Source: Tubulanus polymorphus (taxonomy: Eukaryota > Animalia > Nemertea). Taken from it: a DNA stretch of 64,000 nt. How positions within the stretch are numbered: position 1 is the first letter of the stretch; every line of letters starts with the position of its first letter. This document shows, piece by piece, positions 12,654 through 25,169 of this stretch. Under the pieces are notes generated by a model, which had not been told where the DNA came from, made no database searches, and worked only from the letters and a program-made list of their open reading frames with translations. The stretch is taken from contig NC_134033.1 in NCBI RefSeq assembly GCF_964204645.1, forward strand, positions 9,618,655-9,682,654. Reading direction: 5' to 3'. Position numbers and translations under genes: made by a program.

Positions 12654-15084
12654 AATAGGAGGAATCTATTTTTGTTTTTCTAAATAATCAATTGTTAAAT
12701 TAGATAAAGTAACTGCTAACGCTAATTTTAGAATATCATTGATATCAAATCTATCAACATTAATACTTCCTATTTTGAATACTTTTTTTAAATACCATTG
12801 TATAACCAACAGTTCCCACTGATAGTGAGGCACCATTATATAAACCAGTTATTATCCACTTATTATCACTCATTTATTAATCAAAAAAATCTCCTTCTTC
12901 AAAATATTTAGTTATCTTATTTATAATTATTTCAACATTTATTCCATTACTACGTTTATGATTACCATATGTTTTAGATAATACATTTTTAATATCATCG
13001 ATAATTCCGTCTTCATTTAATTCATAATATTCTAAGGATGTTTTAATTAAATCAATTACTTTTTCGTTATTATAATTTTCTTTATCAACCATTGATGCAT
13101 TATTAAATGATTTACTTTTAATATCAGTAGATCATTTAGTTTAATTATCATTTCTTTACCATGTTTAAAATCAAAACCAAAACATATACTCGGTCCTACT
13201 GTTATATTCATATTTCTTATTCTAAAAAAATTATTAATTATTTTCTACATCTTACAACTAATTCATATATCACAGGAAAGTTATTCAAATCAATAAAATA
13301 TCCATTACGATTTCTAATTTCTAATTTGAAATTATTAAATTGTGAAATGCAAGGCTTAAAATCACATTCAGTTGAATTATAATTTATTTGAGTTCCAAAT
13401 TGTTCTATGATTGTGGTGAGTTTCAAGGTCATTGATTTTTGTATATGGTCACCAGGGGACGTTGAATATTGAAATTGTTAGATTGTTGAGCATTTGGAAC
13501 CACTTCCCAAGTGGGCATGGTGTCCCTGGACCCCTAGTTCTTTATTACTTTTTATTTTTAATTTAGAGCTAATACCTGTTAAAACACTTGAACTTATTCC
13601 TAGCACACCAATTGATATAGCTTAAATGTTAGTTATAAAAAGTTTGGACCTACTGGTGCAAGGTAGGACCCCCCAAAACCTGAGGTCAAGTTGAGGTCAC
13701 GCAACCAAAAAAGTCGCCGACAACCAGTACATACTGCCTGTGTGTCTAGAGTATATACAATCGCTTGTGAGCTCCCTATAGAGCATGCTGACTCAGTGTC
13801 AGCAGCCAGGCTCGACTAGTTTGCCATCTATCGGGGGTAAGGTGTTTATGGTGAAAATATTGCTACAAATGTTATCACCAAACTAATTGTAACCGAACCA
13901 CTTATAACAAAATAATATATAATTTTGCTTTTTAAATATTTTTTCTTTTTAACTTTTGAATCAATTTCAAATTCTAATATTTGTTTTTCTAAATATATTT
14001 CTAATTTTTTTTTATTGATATCATGAGAGATAATATCAATATTATCAACTTTATCATCCATTTATTTAACAAAAAATAATATATAAATATAGCTGCAAAG
14101 CAGCGATGACGGGTTTTCTGTAAAGCCATTCAGAATGATGGGAATTGTAGTAAATTGAAATATCGATACATAGAATAAAATGCATTGACAGATTCGAACC
14201 TAATATGCAACCACTGTGTAAACGTCAAATATGATTCAGCTTTGAAACTGAACATACGCGGACGTACAATCACAAATATTAATATATTTGACCAGGCATT
14301 TATTTTGGCATTCAAACATCATGATACTGTATTATCAGCATCCTTAAAAATGGATCTGTCCTATTAAGAACTCATCTTAAGCACATGCTGAGCCGATAGA
14401 TTGATTGAATTCACAGATAAGAACGTATTATGATTTAGAATAGAATTAAGAAGTTAATGTTTTTGTTGAAATATTTGAATAAATACATATATTGTAGTGT
14501 AGATTCAATCAATAAATTATGAATTGATTTGGTCTGGGTTTCCGGCTGATGTTGATTTTGGCTTTTATGGATTACAAATTCTATAGTGATAACTAATTGA
14601 TACCTGCAACATGTGTGTAAATCAAACCTATTCCACAAGTTGCGTGTGTTTCCTAATAAACGGGAGAGTCACTCTTGATCTTGAGTTATTAGAACTAGGG
14701 GTCCAGGGACACCATGCCCACTTGGGAAGTGGTTCCAAATGCTCAACAATCTAACAATTCAGGTATCAAAGGTATAAAACATCCCTTTTCAAAGAATACC
14801 CATCACAAACTGCAATGAGAAATGGCCAATTCAGAATTCGGGCCAAAATTGACATTTTTGGAATAGGAGGAATCTATTTTTGTTTTTCTAAATAATCAAT
14901 TGTTAAATTAGATAAAGTAACTGCTAACGCTAATTTTAGAATATCATTGATATCAAATCTATCAACATTAATACTTCCTATTTTGAATACTTTTTTTAAA
15001 TACCATTGTATAACCAACAGTTCCCACTGATAGTGAGGCACCATTATATAAACCAGTTATTATCCACTTATTATCACTCATTTA

Positions 15085-15300
15085 TTAATCAAAAAAATCT
15101 CCTTCTTCAAAATATTTAGTTATCTTATTTATAATTATTTCAACATTTATTCCATTACTACGTTTATGATTACCATATGTTTTAGATAATACATTTTTAA
15201 TATCATCGATAATTCCGTCTTCATTTAATTCATAATATTCTAAGGATGTTTTAATTAAATCAATTACTTTTTCGTTATTATAATTTTCTTTATCAACCAT
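15085..15300 (-). CDS. Polinton-like hypothetical protein fragment (duplicate at 12877-13092)
   Basis: ORF in the packed minus-strand gene run directly downstream of the minor capsid-like gene. Confidence 0.4.
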   Translation of the reverse strand: MVDKENYNNEKVIDLIKTSLEYYELNEDGIIDDIKNVLSKTYGNHKRSNGINVEIIINKITKYFEEGDFFD

Positions 15301-15445
15301 TGATGCATTATTAAATGATTTACTTTTAATATCAGTAGATCATTTAGTTTAATTATCATTTCTTTACCATGTTTAAAATCAAAACCAAAACATATACTCG
15401 GTCCTACTGTTATATTCATATTTCTTATTCTAAAAAAATTATTAA

Positions 15446-16204
15446 TTATTTTCTACATCTTACAACTAATTCATATATCACAGGAAAGTTATTCAAATCA
15501 ATAAAATATCCATTACGATTTCTAATTTCTAATTTGAAATTATTAAATTGTGAAATGCAAGGCTTAAAATCACATTCAGTTGAATTATAATTTATTTGAG
15601 TTCCAAATTGTTTAACATTTTTTAATGGTAGAATATTCAATAAACCAGAATTACAAATTGAATCTTTAGTTGCTTCCAATGTTTTTGTAGGATCAATTAA
15701 ATTGCAATAAATATGAAAGTGTGTACAAGGTATTAAGTTTGGTGTAGCATCAACATTACGTATCTTTACATCTGGGGTTATTCTTAAAATGTTAGCTAAA
15801 GGTTTTTTAACTAGAAATTGATGTTGATCTTCATTGCCTAATTTTATTCTTATTTTATCAGAGTTATCACTTTTAATAAGTCTTAATCCAAATCCAGCAG
15901 ATGCACCCATTTTTGAGCGTGCCCTCTTATTAATTTCTTACGCTAATGTTTCTAACTTATATAATCCAGGCTTATGATAAAGATGAAACCATCTATTCTT
16001 ATTTCTATCGTGAATTGAAATGACTCTATGTTCAATAGTTTTATCTGATATATTATAAAAAGAATTACATAAACTAATATTTACTAATTCTAAATCTACA
16101 GAATTTTTAAATTCTCTATCTAATTGAACTAGTAAATTATGTGATTTATAATTTGTAGGTTTTCTAGAATCAACATAAATTCTATATTCTTTTAATTCTA
16201 CCAT
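15446..16204 (-). pseudogene. Minor capsid (penton)-like protein of the Polinton-like element, frameshifted
   Basis: ORFs 15938-16204 and 15446-15910: IYVDSR, LCNSFYNIS, FHIYCNLIDP, LLNILP..FG.QINY...KP...FNNFKLEIRNRNGYFIDLNNFPVIYELVV, typical of Polinton/adintovirus penton proteins. Confidence 0.7.
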
Positions 16205-16273
16205 TTATTTTACATATCTTTTTTTATTCGAAATCTATATTCTTACCTTTGTAATGAAATAGAAATCACCTGA

Positions 16274-16546
16274 CTACAATTCTTCTAGATCTTCACTAGA
16301 TAAACTATGAAATCTATCTGGTAAATATGTTCTGAATCTATATTTATTTCCTTTTAATCCTTCATATTCTAAAAGAATAACTAATTTATCTCCATATCTA
16401 TTAGTAATTGTTTCAATATTTGTAATTAAATATTTGTTATGTAATGTTAATTCTGTTAACTTTTTGAATTTACAATCTACAGATTTGACATTTGTAGTAT
16501 CTTTAATTCTATTTAAGAATTCACTGTGTATTTGTTTACTCTCCAT
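16274..16546 (-). pseudogene. Homologue of the small conserved ORF that follows pPolB (63251-63604), prematurely stopped
   Basis: FKKLTEL...YGDKLVILLEYEGLKGNKYRFRTYLPDRFHSLSSEDLEEL is nearly identical to the 117-aa ORF. Confidence 0.85.
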
Positions 16547-16640
16547 TTTAATAACAAATTTTTTTATTAAAATTGATTTTAGAAATTATTCATATTCATT
16601 TATCCATATATATATGTTATTCATATATATGAAATTATTA

Positions 16641-16773
16641 GAGTAATAGGGAATGTGTTGTTCTAGATTAAAAGTTGAAAGGTTGAGTCAGTGAAAAACA
16701 AAAATAAATTCGAGCGTGCGAGAATTTATTTTTATTTTTTATGAGCTCGACCTTTGATCTAGAACAACACATT
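16641..16773. repeat. Long palindrome at the start of copy B (outer arm truncated by the satellite)
   Basis: aatgtgttgttctagat...aaaataaatt-cgagcgtgcgag-aatttatttt...atctagaacaacacatt; homologous to 58736-58893. Confidence 0.9.
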
Positions 16774-19608
16774 TGCAGAGCTTCTCGGTACCTGTGGTGA
16801 CAGGTCTGCATTAAAATAGATGAAATGAAGGAAAACTTCACTTTTTATGGTCCTTCAAAGTAATGAATATAATATAGATTGCTAACCATAGATAAAGTTA
16901 ATCTTAAGTTACTATAAAACAATAATTATAAGTAAGACCTCACACGGCAGCTCGCGCCATTTTGCAGAGCTTCTCGGGACCTGTGGTGACATGTCTGCAT
17001 TAAAACTGATGAAATGAAGGAAAACTTTAATTATTATTGTCTCTTTATAGTAATGGCCCAAGACCTGACATGACAGGTGGGACCTCAGGTGACAGATCGA
17101 TTCGCTAAAATGAAAATCGTTATGACTGAACCGATGATAGGCGATTAGAAGATATGATAGGCGCGGATTTAGAACAAATGATAGCCGATAAGAACACAAA
17201 GAACATATCGTAGTGCTTTCTGAATATATTATTCAAAAACAAAAAACAAACTATGATGTGTTATGAATTCATTTAAGAATTTATGTTTGTCCGTTTATAA
17301 AAAGTTGTTGAACTATATCGCCTTATAATAATAAAGATGGAATGATTGTGAATTATTGGAGAACATTGAACGAATTGTTTACAATTAATTTATTTTTTTG
17401 TAACACGAAACATAAAAATATCAAGATCAGGCAAAATGATACCAGTAGTGCCTTATGTAATCATAATCAGTATTAATAACAATCGTTATACTCATTAAGA
17501 TTAGGCCCTATATTATTTTATATTATTACTAATTACTCGCAATATAATTAATTAACCAAGTGTACATACAATTTAAAAACATTTCAGTCCAAGCTTATAA
17601 GTTGACATAGATAAATTAGACATAACACTGATTAATTAGTGAGGCCTCACACGGCAACGCGCGCCATTTTGCAGAGCTTCGGGACCTGAGGTGACAGGTC
17701 TGCATTAAAACGGATGAAATGAAGGAAAACTTTAATTTTTATGGTCTCTTTATAGTAAAGAGTATAATATAAATTGCTAACCATGGATAGAATTAATCTT
17801 AAGTTACTATAAAACAATAATTTTGAAGCGAGACCTCACACGGCAGCTCGCGCCATTTTGCAGAGCTTCTCGAGACCTGTGGTGACAGGTCTGCATTAAA
17901 ACTGATGAAATGAAGGAAAACTTTAATTTTTATGGTCTCTTTATAGTAAAGAGTAAAATATAGATTGCTTAACATGGATATAGTTAATCTTAAGTTACTA
18001 TAAAACAAAAATTTTGAAGCGAGACCTCACACGGCAGCTCGCGCCATTTTGCAGAGCTTCTCGAGACCTGTGGTGACAGGTCTGCATTAAAACTGATGAA
18101 ATGAAGGAAAACTTTAATTTTTATGGATTCTTTATAGCAATGAATATAATATAAATTGCTAACCATGGATATAGTTAATCTTAAGTTACTATAAAACAAT
18201 AATTATGAAGTGAGACCTCACACGGCAGCTCGCGCCATTTTGCAGAGCTTCTCGAGACCTGTGGTGACAGGTCTGCATTAAAACTGATGAAATGAAGGAA
18301 AACTTTAATTTTTATGGTCTCTTTATAGTAAAGAGTATAATATAGATTGCTAAACATGGATATAGTTAATCTTAAGTTGCCATAAAACAATAATTATGAC
18401 GCGAGACCTCACACGGCAGCTCGCGCTATTTTGCAGAGCTTCTCGAGACCTGTGGTGACAGGTCTGCATTAAAACTGATGAAATGAAGGAAAACTTTAAT
18501 TTTTATGGACTCTTTATAGCAATGAATATAATATAAATTGCTAACCATGGATATAGTTAATCTTAAGTTACTATAAAACAATAATTATGAAGTGAGACCT
18601 CACACGGCAGCTCGCGCCATTTTGTAGAGCTTCTCGGACCTGAGGTGACAGGTCTGCATTAAAACTGATGAAATGAAGGAAAACTTTAATTTTTATGGTG
18701 TCTATATAGCAATGAATATAATATAAATTGCTAACCATGGATATAGGTAATCTTAAGTTACTATAAAACAATAATTTTGAAGCGAGACCTCACACGGCAG
18801 CTCGCGCTATTTTGCAGAGCTTCTCGAGACCTGTGGTGACAGGTCTGCATTAAAACTGATGAAATGAAGGAAATTTTTAATTTTTATGGTCTCTTTATAG
18901 TAAAGAGTATAATATAAATTGCTAACCATGGATAGAATTAATCTTAAGTTGCCATAAAACAATAATTATGAAGCGAGACCTCACACGGCAGCTCGCGCCA
19001 TTTTGCAGAGCTTCTCGAGACCTGTTGTGACAGGTCTGCATTAAAACTGATGTAATGGAAAAAACTTCACTTTTTATGGTATCTTTATAGTAATGAATGT
19101 AATATAAATTGCTAACCATGGATATAGTTAATCTTAAGTTACTATAAAACAATAATTTTGAAGCGAGACCTCACACGGCAGCTCGCGCCATTTTGCAGAG
19201 CTTCTCGAGACCTGTGGTGACAGGTCTGCACTTAAACTGATGAAATGGAAAAAACTTTACTTTTTATAACCTTTATATAGTAATAAGTATAATATAAATT
19301 GCTAACCATTGGATAGAGTTAATCTTAAGTTACCATAAAACAATAATTTTGAAGCGAGACCTCACACGGCAGCTCGCGCCATTTTGCAGAGCTTCTCGAG
19401 ACCTATGGTGATAGGTCTGCATTTAAACTGATGAAATGGGAAAAACTTCTCTTTTTATGGTATCTTTATAGTAATGAATATAATATACATTGCTAACCAC
19501 GGAAATAGTTACTATAAAACAATAATTATGAAGTGAGACCTCACACGGCAGCTCGCGCCATTTTGCAGAGCTTCTCGGGACCTGAGGTGACAGGTCTGCA
19601 TTAAAACT
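16772..19608. repeat. ~191-bp tandem satellite, about 12 units, interrupted at ~17053-17640
   Basis: Core gagacctcacacggcagctcgcgccattttgcagagcttctcgagacctgtggtgacaggtctgc recurs every ~190-191 bp (ORFs at 17799, 17990, 18181 are spaced by 191). Confidence 0.95.
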
Positions 19609-20187
19609 GGTATAAATAGAAAAAAAACTTCATGCTTTAAATTGATGATTAGATTTACAATCAGTCTCAATAAAATCAGTTTCTATATTGCATTCGGCTC
19701 TTTTACATGTACTTCATAAAGACAATGAATATAAATAGTGATACTTCATGACAGTGAGGTGTTGCCGAACTGTGATAGTGAGCAGATAATTTTCAGTGTC
19801 TTATTGCGGAAACGAAATATCAAGACCTCGATTCATCTAGCGAAAATATTCTCTTATAATGTGCTCTTACTTCTACATTACTTAATTCATCTATGCCTGA
19901 AACTTATTTTTTCCCTTTAATACAGAAATAAGTCATAGTTTACACATAAATATTTTCTTCTTATAAATCTACCTTTCAAATGAATTATTTGTCAGAACAA
20001 TTTCCTTATCGTTATTGTTGAATCATTTTCGATATTAACGACGGGTCAGAATATTCATTCAACTCAAAATGTTCTTCCATTCGTCTAGCACATGTCTAGA
20101 TATTTCGCCGTTTCGTCAAATATTGTCATGAGTTTGGGTTTTGACATGACAGGTTCTGGAAACTCTGCAGACAGACATCAATCGCCT

Positions 20188-20195
20188 ACTTCCGG
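20188..20195 (+). promoter_or_regulatory. ETS/GABP-type motif ACTTCCGG just upstream of the rhodanese start codon
   Basis: Exact motif ~30 nt before ATG 20226, at the edge of a GC-richer island. Function inferred only. Confidence 0.35.
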
Positions 20196-20225
20196 GTTTA
20201 GGGTCCTTCTTCAAATAGAGTCATC

Positions 20226-20466
20226 ATGTTTCGCGTATTTTTTCAGTCTGGACAGCGGCAGTGCTTTAAACTCGGAGGGCGATTACTTATCACATCAGCA
20301 CCAGCAAGACAATGTCATCGAGCAGCAGCAGCAGCAGTAACAACTGTAACGACTACCGCGCGGGGTTCAACCAGCGGCAGCAGGTGCACCCCGTTTCCAG
20401 CCCCTGTGCTCGTTCCTTTTACCCCGCGAGTTTTATCATTTCCTGCTCCTCGTCGCGATATGCAAG
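20226..20466 (+). CDS. Rhodanese-domain sulfurtransferase (TSTD3/TSTD1/Hsp67B2-like), exon 1: mitochondrial presequence
   Basis: MFRVFFQSGQRQCFKLGGRLL... is R/S/T/A-rich with almost no acidic residues. Donor CAAG|GTCAGT in phase 1 joins exon 2 to give ...MQVRGYS (R-x-Y/S processing-type motif). Confidence 0.75.
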
Positions 20467-20670
20467 GTCAGTTGGGTCATAAGAGGTGTTTTGGCGTGGC
20501 GAGTTGTTAAACCTGACTGGTTTAGCAGTTTAGTTTCACGATCGGATATTTTCACAAACCACAGTCAGTCCAGGAACAGGAAGGTCATTTTTCAATGACA
20601 TTTTCGTGAGTCAATTTGACTCACGAGTAATTTGCCTGGCATTTCATCTTCTCTTAAGATATCCGTCTAA

Positions 20671-22008
20671 TTTTTAGCCCACTTGGGACTTTAGTCCCAG
20701 CGGGCTATTGCGTTCACTTTTCGTCTGTCGTCCATCCGTCCGTCCGTAGACGGAATCCAGTTATTTTGGGAAGTTTTGAAGGCGCTTCAATGTAGTGTCT
20801 TGATATTTGGGTTACACATGTATCTACCCTAGCCACATCTTCAGCCCAAAAACTGGCCCTGTCAGAATCAAGATGGCCAACTGGTAGCCATTGTTATTCG
20901 CCAAAATCAACACTTTTTACACATTTTTGAACTTTTTGAGGGAAATTTTGAAGACGCTTTGATCAATTACCTTGATCTTTCAGATGTATGTGAATCCCCC
21001 CAGGGCCCATCAGCATAACAAAAATTGGGTCGATCGGACTCAAGATGACCGTCTGATGACCTTTTTAGTGGCCAAAAATGTCAATTTTGGCCCGAATTCT
21101 GAGTCCTGTAGCTCCCTACTGGTTTGCCATTTCTCATTCGATTTGTGATGGGTATTCTTTGGAAAGGGATGTTTTATACCTGAGACAGGTATTTTTGATC
21201 AGCCAATTATGATGCAATTGGCGGCCATCTTGGTGTCATCAGTACTCATTCGTAGGTGAGAAAAAGTTTTTCCATTATATTGATACCTAAGCGTATTTTG
21301 TTACCACAATCAATTAGAAACTCATAACATGTTCTATGATTGTGGTGAGTTTCAAGGTCATTGGTTTTGTATATGGCCACCAGGGGGCATTGAATAATAC
21401 AATATCTTAGTATTTCTATATTATATTCGTATCAATGCAAATTTTGTAACCACAATTAATTGCAAAGTTGTAGCTCATTGCAATTTGTGATGGGTATTCT
21501 TTTGACAAGGGATGTTTTATATCTGAGACAGGTATTTTTGATCGGCCAATTTTGACGCAATTGGCGGCCATCTTGGTGTCATCAATACTTATTCGTAGGT
21601 GAGCAAAAGTTTTTCCACTTTATATTGATACCTAAGCGTATTTTGTTACCACAATCAATTAGAAACTTGTAGCTCATAACGTGTTCTATGATTGTGGTGA
21701 GTTTCAAGGTCATTGGTTTTTGTATATGGCCACCAGGGGACGTTGAATAATACAATATCTTAGTATTTCTATATTATATTCGTATCAATTCATATTTTGT
21801 AACCATAATCAATTGCAAAGTTGTGGCATATTTTGTTATCACAATCAATTACAAAATCGTAGCTGCTGACATGTTCTATGATTGTGTTGAGTTTCAAGGT
21901 CATCGGTTTTTGTATATGGTCACCAGGTGGTTGAATATTGAAATTGTTAGATTATTGAGCATTTGGAACCACTTCCCAAGTGGGCATGGTGTCCCTGGAC
22001 CCCTAGTT
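20671..22008 (+). mobile_element. HINE/DINE-1-like element, full length, in rhodanese intron 1
   Basis: Same termini, (GTCC)n and internal repeats as 10151-11331, with an internal ~300-bp duplication. Confidence 0.8.
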
Positions 22009-22076
22009 GTTGGAATCAGCGCACAACAGATTCGTTGCTTGTTTGATACCTACTGTCTGTCACACCTGCTGTTCAT

Positions 22077-22525
22077 GCGACGTTTTGGTCCGTAATTTCA
22101 TTAATAATCAGTTGATCTGTAAATATTATGCATGAATTTCAGTTAAGAATTTGCATTCAGAAATAAATCATGAACTGGCATAAAGTTGTTTGTGTTTTCA
22201 TCTATCAGCGATAGTTCACCTAGCATATGCTCGCGTTATGCTGAAAAACGGCTTTTATGGCCCATCACATGGCGGCACCTACTGTATTTTGATATGCTAA
22301 TGAGCAGGTGATGACGTCACAGTAACGTTAATGAGCATCCGCGGAGTGGATTTTTCAGCATTACGCGAGCGTATGCTGAGTAAACTATCTCTCATAAAAC
22401 AAAAACAAAACAACTTTAGTAAAAATTGTTGTATATTTCTGAATGCAAATTCTTAACTGAACAAATTGATGCGTAATAAAGGTAGATAAACCGGTTATTA
22501 ACGAAATTACGGACCAAAACGTCGC
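22077..22525. mobile_element. Foldback-like MITE with long imperfect inverted arms
   Basis: gcgacgttttggtccgtaatttc...gaaattacggaccaaaacgtcgc termini; related copy in opposite orientation at ~36095-37230. Confidence 0.7.
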
Positions 22526-23852
22526 AAATCAAATCAATAAATTATCCGGTTCTGGATTTAGATCATCAAAAATATTATTATAAAACACGTTTTCATCAAA
22601 TACAATAAGGTAGCTTATTAATTTATTTGAGTACAAAGGTGTTAACCTCTTGACAGATTAACGTCAGATGTAGGGAACCGGTAACAACGACTGATATTCA
22701 GCAGGGATGAGAATTCCCCGCGGATATTGGTATTGAAAAATATCAATTTTCCTAATAGCCCAAAAATGATGAAAAAGTAGGCCTTTGGGGTGGGGGGGTT
22801 GATGATCTCACTCAACTGGTCCGGCTGATGGTAATCAGGTGAACCGTAAAAACGTTCAGTGCCTGTTTTACTTATCGTCACGTATTGCATTTCAATGCGT
22901 ATTCATTGACATACAACACTGATTTTGTATCTACTACGACGTGTATGTATTTTACCGATCGGTTGCAGACACACACGTGCGGCAACAGTAGTAATGTATA
23001 TAGGCCTACTATATAAACTTAATGTTGCCGCGCGTGTGTGTGCGAACGCCTTCAGTATTATACACTGTGTGATAATTTTTAGTGAGCATTCATTGGCGCA
23101 TTTTAACTGCAATAATTCAGGGCTCGACTCGTAGTGCTGAATGTCATCAAATGAGGATGTGCCACATCGAATTACTAGCCATTACCTTCCAAAATATAAT
23201 AGTTGTTCATGCGTTCAGGATCGCTCTAAGGGCCCCGAAAACAATTTAATTTCTAAAATTTTCTTGAGGGAGGACCCCAAACCCCCCCTGAAATAGCTTC
23301 GCGCCTTTGGCGCTTGCGAGGACTTCGCCGTCAGCTAGTTCGCATGTGTAACTCGAGAAAAAAACCGCAGATTTAATAAGTCGCTGTTCTCATATCTGAT
23401 TCAGGCAAGAACTGAGACAAAATTAATTATAGCTTTTTCCTTTATTTCTTATCAGGTTTTAGCCCACTTGGACTTAAGTCCCAGCGGGCTATTGCGTTCA
23501 ATTTTCGTAGAAAATTGCAATGACCTCGATTGGGGGGCGTCGTCTCTACGAGCGAATGTGATTGGCTGTTTTTGGGATATACGGGGAATTCCAGCGCTAC
23601 TAAAATGATTATGGGAAAGCCATTAATGGCGAACGTTTCATTGAACTAGGTGTCGATATGTGCGAATTTTAAATGCTCATTGCTGGTGAGGATATAATCA
23701 TTTCCGCCATAGGTATTGTTTCATTTTAATAATACCCGGTGATTGTGTTGATTGAGATTGAAGTGAAGCGGACGTTCACTACACAAGGCCTCCACGTGCG
23801 CGGGAGTGCTTAACGTTAGATTGTTGCACACACAAACACACGCTCATACAGA

Positions 23853-24545
23853 CTACTATATAGTGATCCTGTAACGCTGCTTGGTGCGTGCACGTTTGTT
23901 ATGATAACAGGCTGAATAATTGTCGTAGCAGAAGATGATCGCTGTGTTTTCTGTTTGATAGAATTTGTAATAAATTGTAATTTCTTGTGACCTGAAAATA
24001 CTAAGCAGCAAACTATAGGTATAAGTCGAGGTCTGAATATTGCAGTGGTTAATTCCAGGATTAGAAACGATCTAATACTACGCCCCGGTGTTTTAGCTTC
24101 CGCGGCCATAGATTGGAAGAGGTTCTGTTCCAAGAATCGATATTTGCAGCCACCCTTTGATATGTGACATCATATGAATTTTATTTGAATATTTTTTCAT
24201 ATTGTGAAAAATATTTTTTTGAAAATATAATTTAGATGCCGTGCCGCTCCTACCAGTTTAAACTACTATATAAGTGATACTGTAACGCTGCTTGCTGGTG
24301 CGTGCACGTTTGACATGAAAATATGCTAAAGATGAGCGCTGTGTTTTCTGTTTGATAGAATTTGTAATAGGCTTAAATACTAAGCAGCAAACTGTAGGTA
24401 TAAGTCGAGGTCACAATGTTTTAATGGTAAAATCCAGGATTTAAAACGATCTTCCTACTTAAAATATTCAGCCACCCTCTGATTGGTGATATCATATGAA
24501 TTCTATTCAAATATTTTTTTCATTTTGTGAAAAATATCTTTTCCC
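23853..24545. repeat. Diverged local direct duplication (~23853-24235 vs ~24263-24545)
   Basis: Shared blocks actactatata..gtgat.ctgtaacgctgctt, gctgtgttttctgtttgatagaatttgtaata, aatactaagcagcaaa, cagccaccct. Confidence 0.75.
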
Positions 24546-25169
24546 AAATAAAAAAACAGTTTCCCTACCTACCTGTACCCTACGAAATTTTGGACGTGGA
24601 CGGTAAAACATATATTTTTGGCCTTGATATGACTACAAATTAATTCTTTGAGAAAGATGAAATACAATGATACAACTTACAGTCACAACTTAAAAAGATT
24701 TTTCATCAGCAATGCCCTTGCCAAACAAGCTCCCGTTTTCAAGGTAAACCACACTTTGGCCACGGGCAATTTATTTGGAGTTGCCAAAAAATTAATGGGA
24801 TTCGGAACAACTATCCACAAAGTGTATGCTACTTGTTTTATTCATTTGCATGTTAAAAACTCTACTTATACGGCGGTTTTTACGGTATATTGATACCTTG
24901 GCATGTTTCGTTCGAATGCTATCAATTGCAAAATTGTTACTCATTACATGCTCTATGATTGTGAGATTCAAAGTCAATGGTTTATATATATGCTCACCAG
25001 TGGGTGTTGAATATTGTAGTTAATGGATTTTTAGGCACTACCAAGTGGCCATAGTGTCCCTGGACCACCAGTTTGAAATTTATAAATGATTGTTTACAGT
25101 TTCAATGTGAAGTTGCAGAAAAACCTTTATCGTTGTTTTGCAGGTACATTTTTGAAATTGTATTTTTAG

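Larger units (their letters stand above)
11193..15608. repeat. Exact tandem duplication, 2 x 2208 bp (11193-13400 and 13401-15608)
   Basis: Most ORFs in the unit recur with identical translation at +2208 (e.g. 11638/13846, 12877/15085, 13161/15369); 4-nt junction microhomology TGTT. Confidence 0.95.
9575..16773 (-). mobile_element. Polinton/adintovirus-like element, copy B (minus strand), no pPolB, with nested insertions and an internal tandem duplication
   Basis: Homologues of 63251-63604 and 63622-63960 at 16274-16546 and 15446-16204; small membrane-type ORFs; conserved WQNQLNFAVYCATAGCG ORF; same upstream palindrome and leader as copy C. Confidence 0.85.

Noticed and set aside
17799-19152. 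Repeated 66-76 aa ORFs in the satellite
   Set aside because: They arise from the repeat unit, use non-ATG starts, and are broken by indels in other units.
16772-19608. CRISPR-like array (palindromic repeat plus variable segment)
   Set aside because: The variable halves are homologous variants rather than unique spacers, units are 191 bp, there are no cas genes, and the context is eukaryotic.
20092-20340. PolyQ-ending ORF
   Set aside because: It is an alternative frame over rhodanese exon 1 (the GCA run encodes poly-Ala there) and has no independent support.
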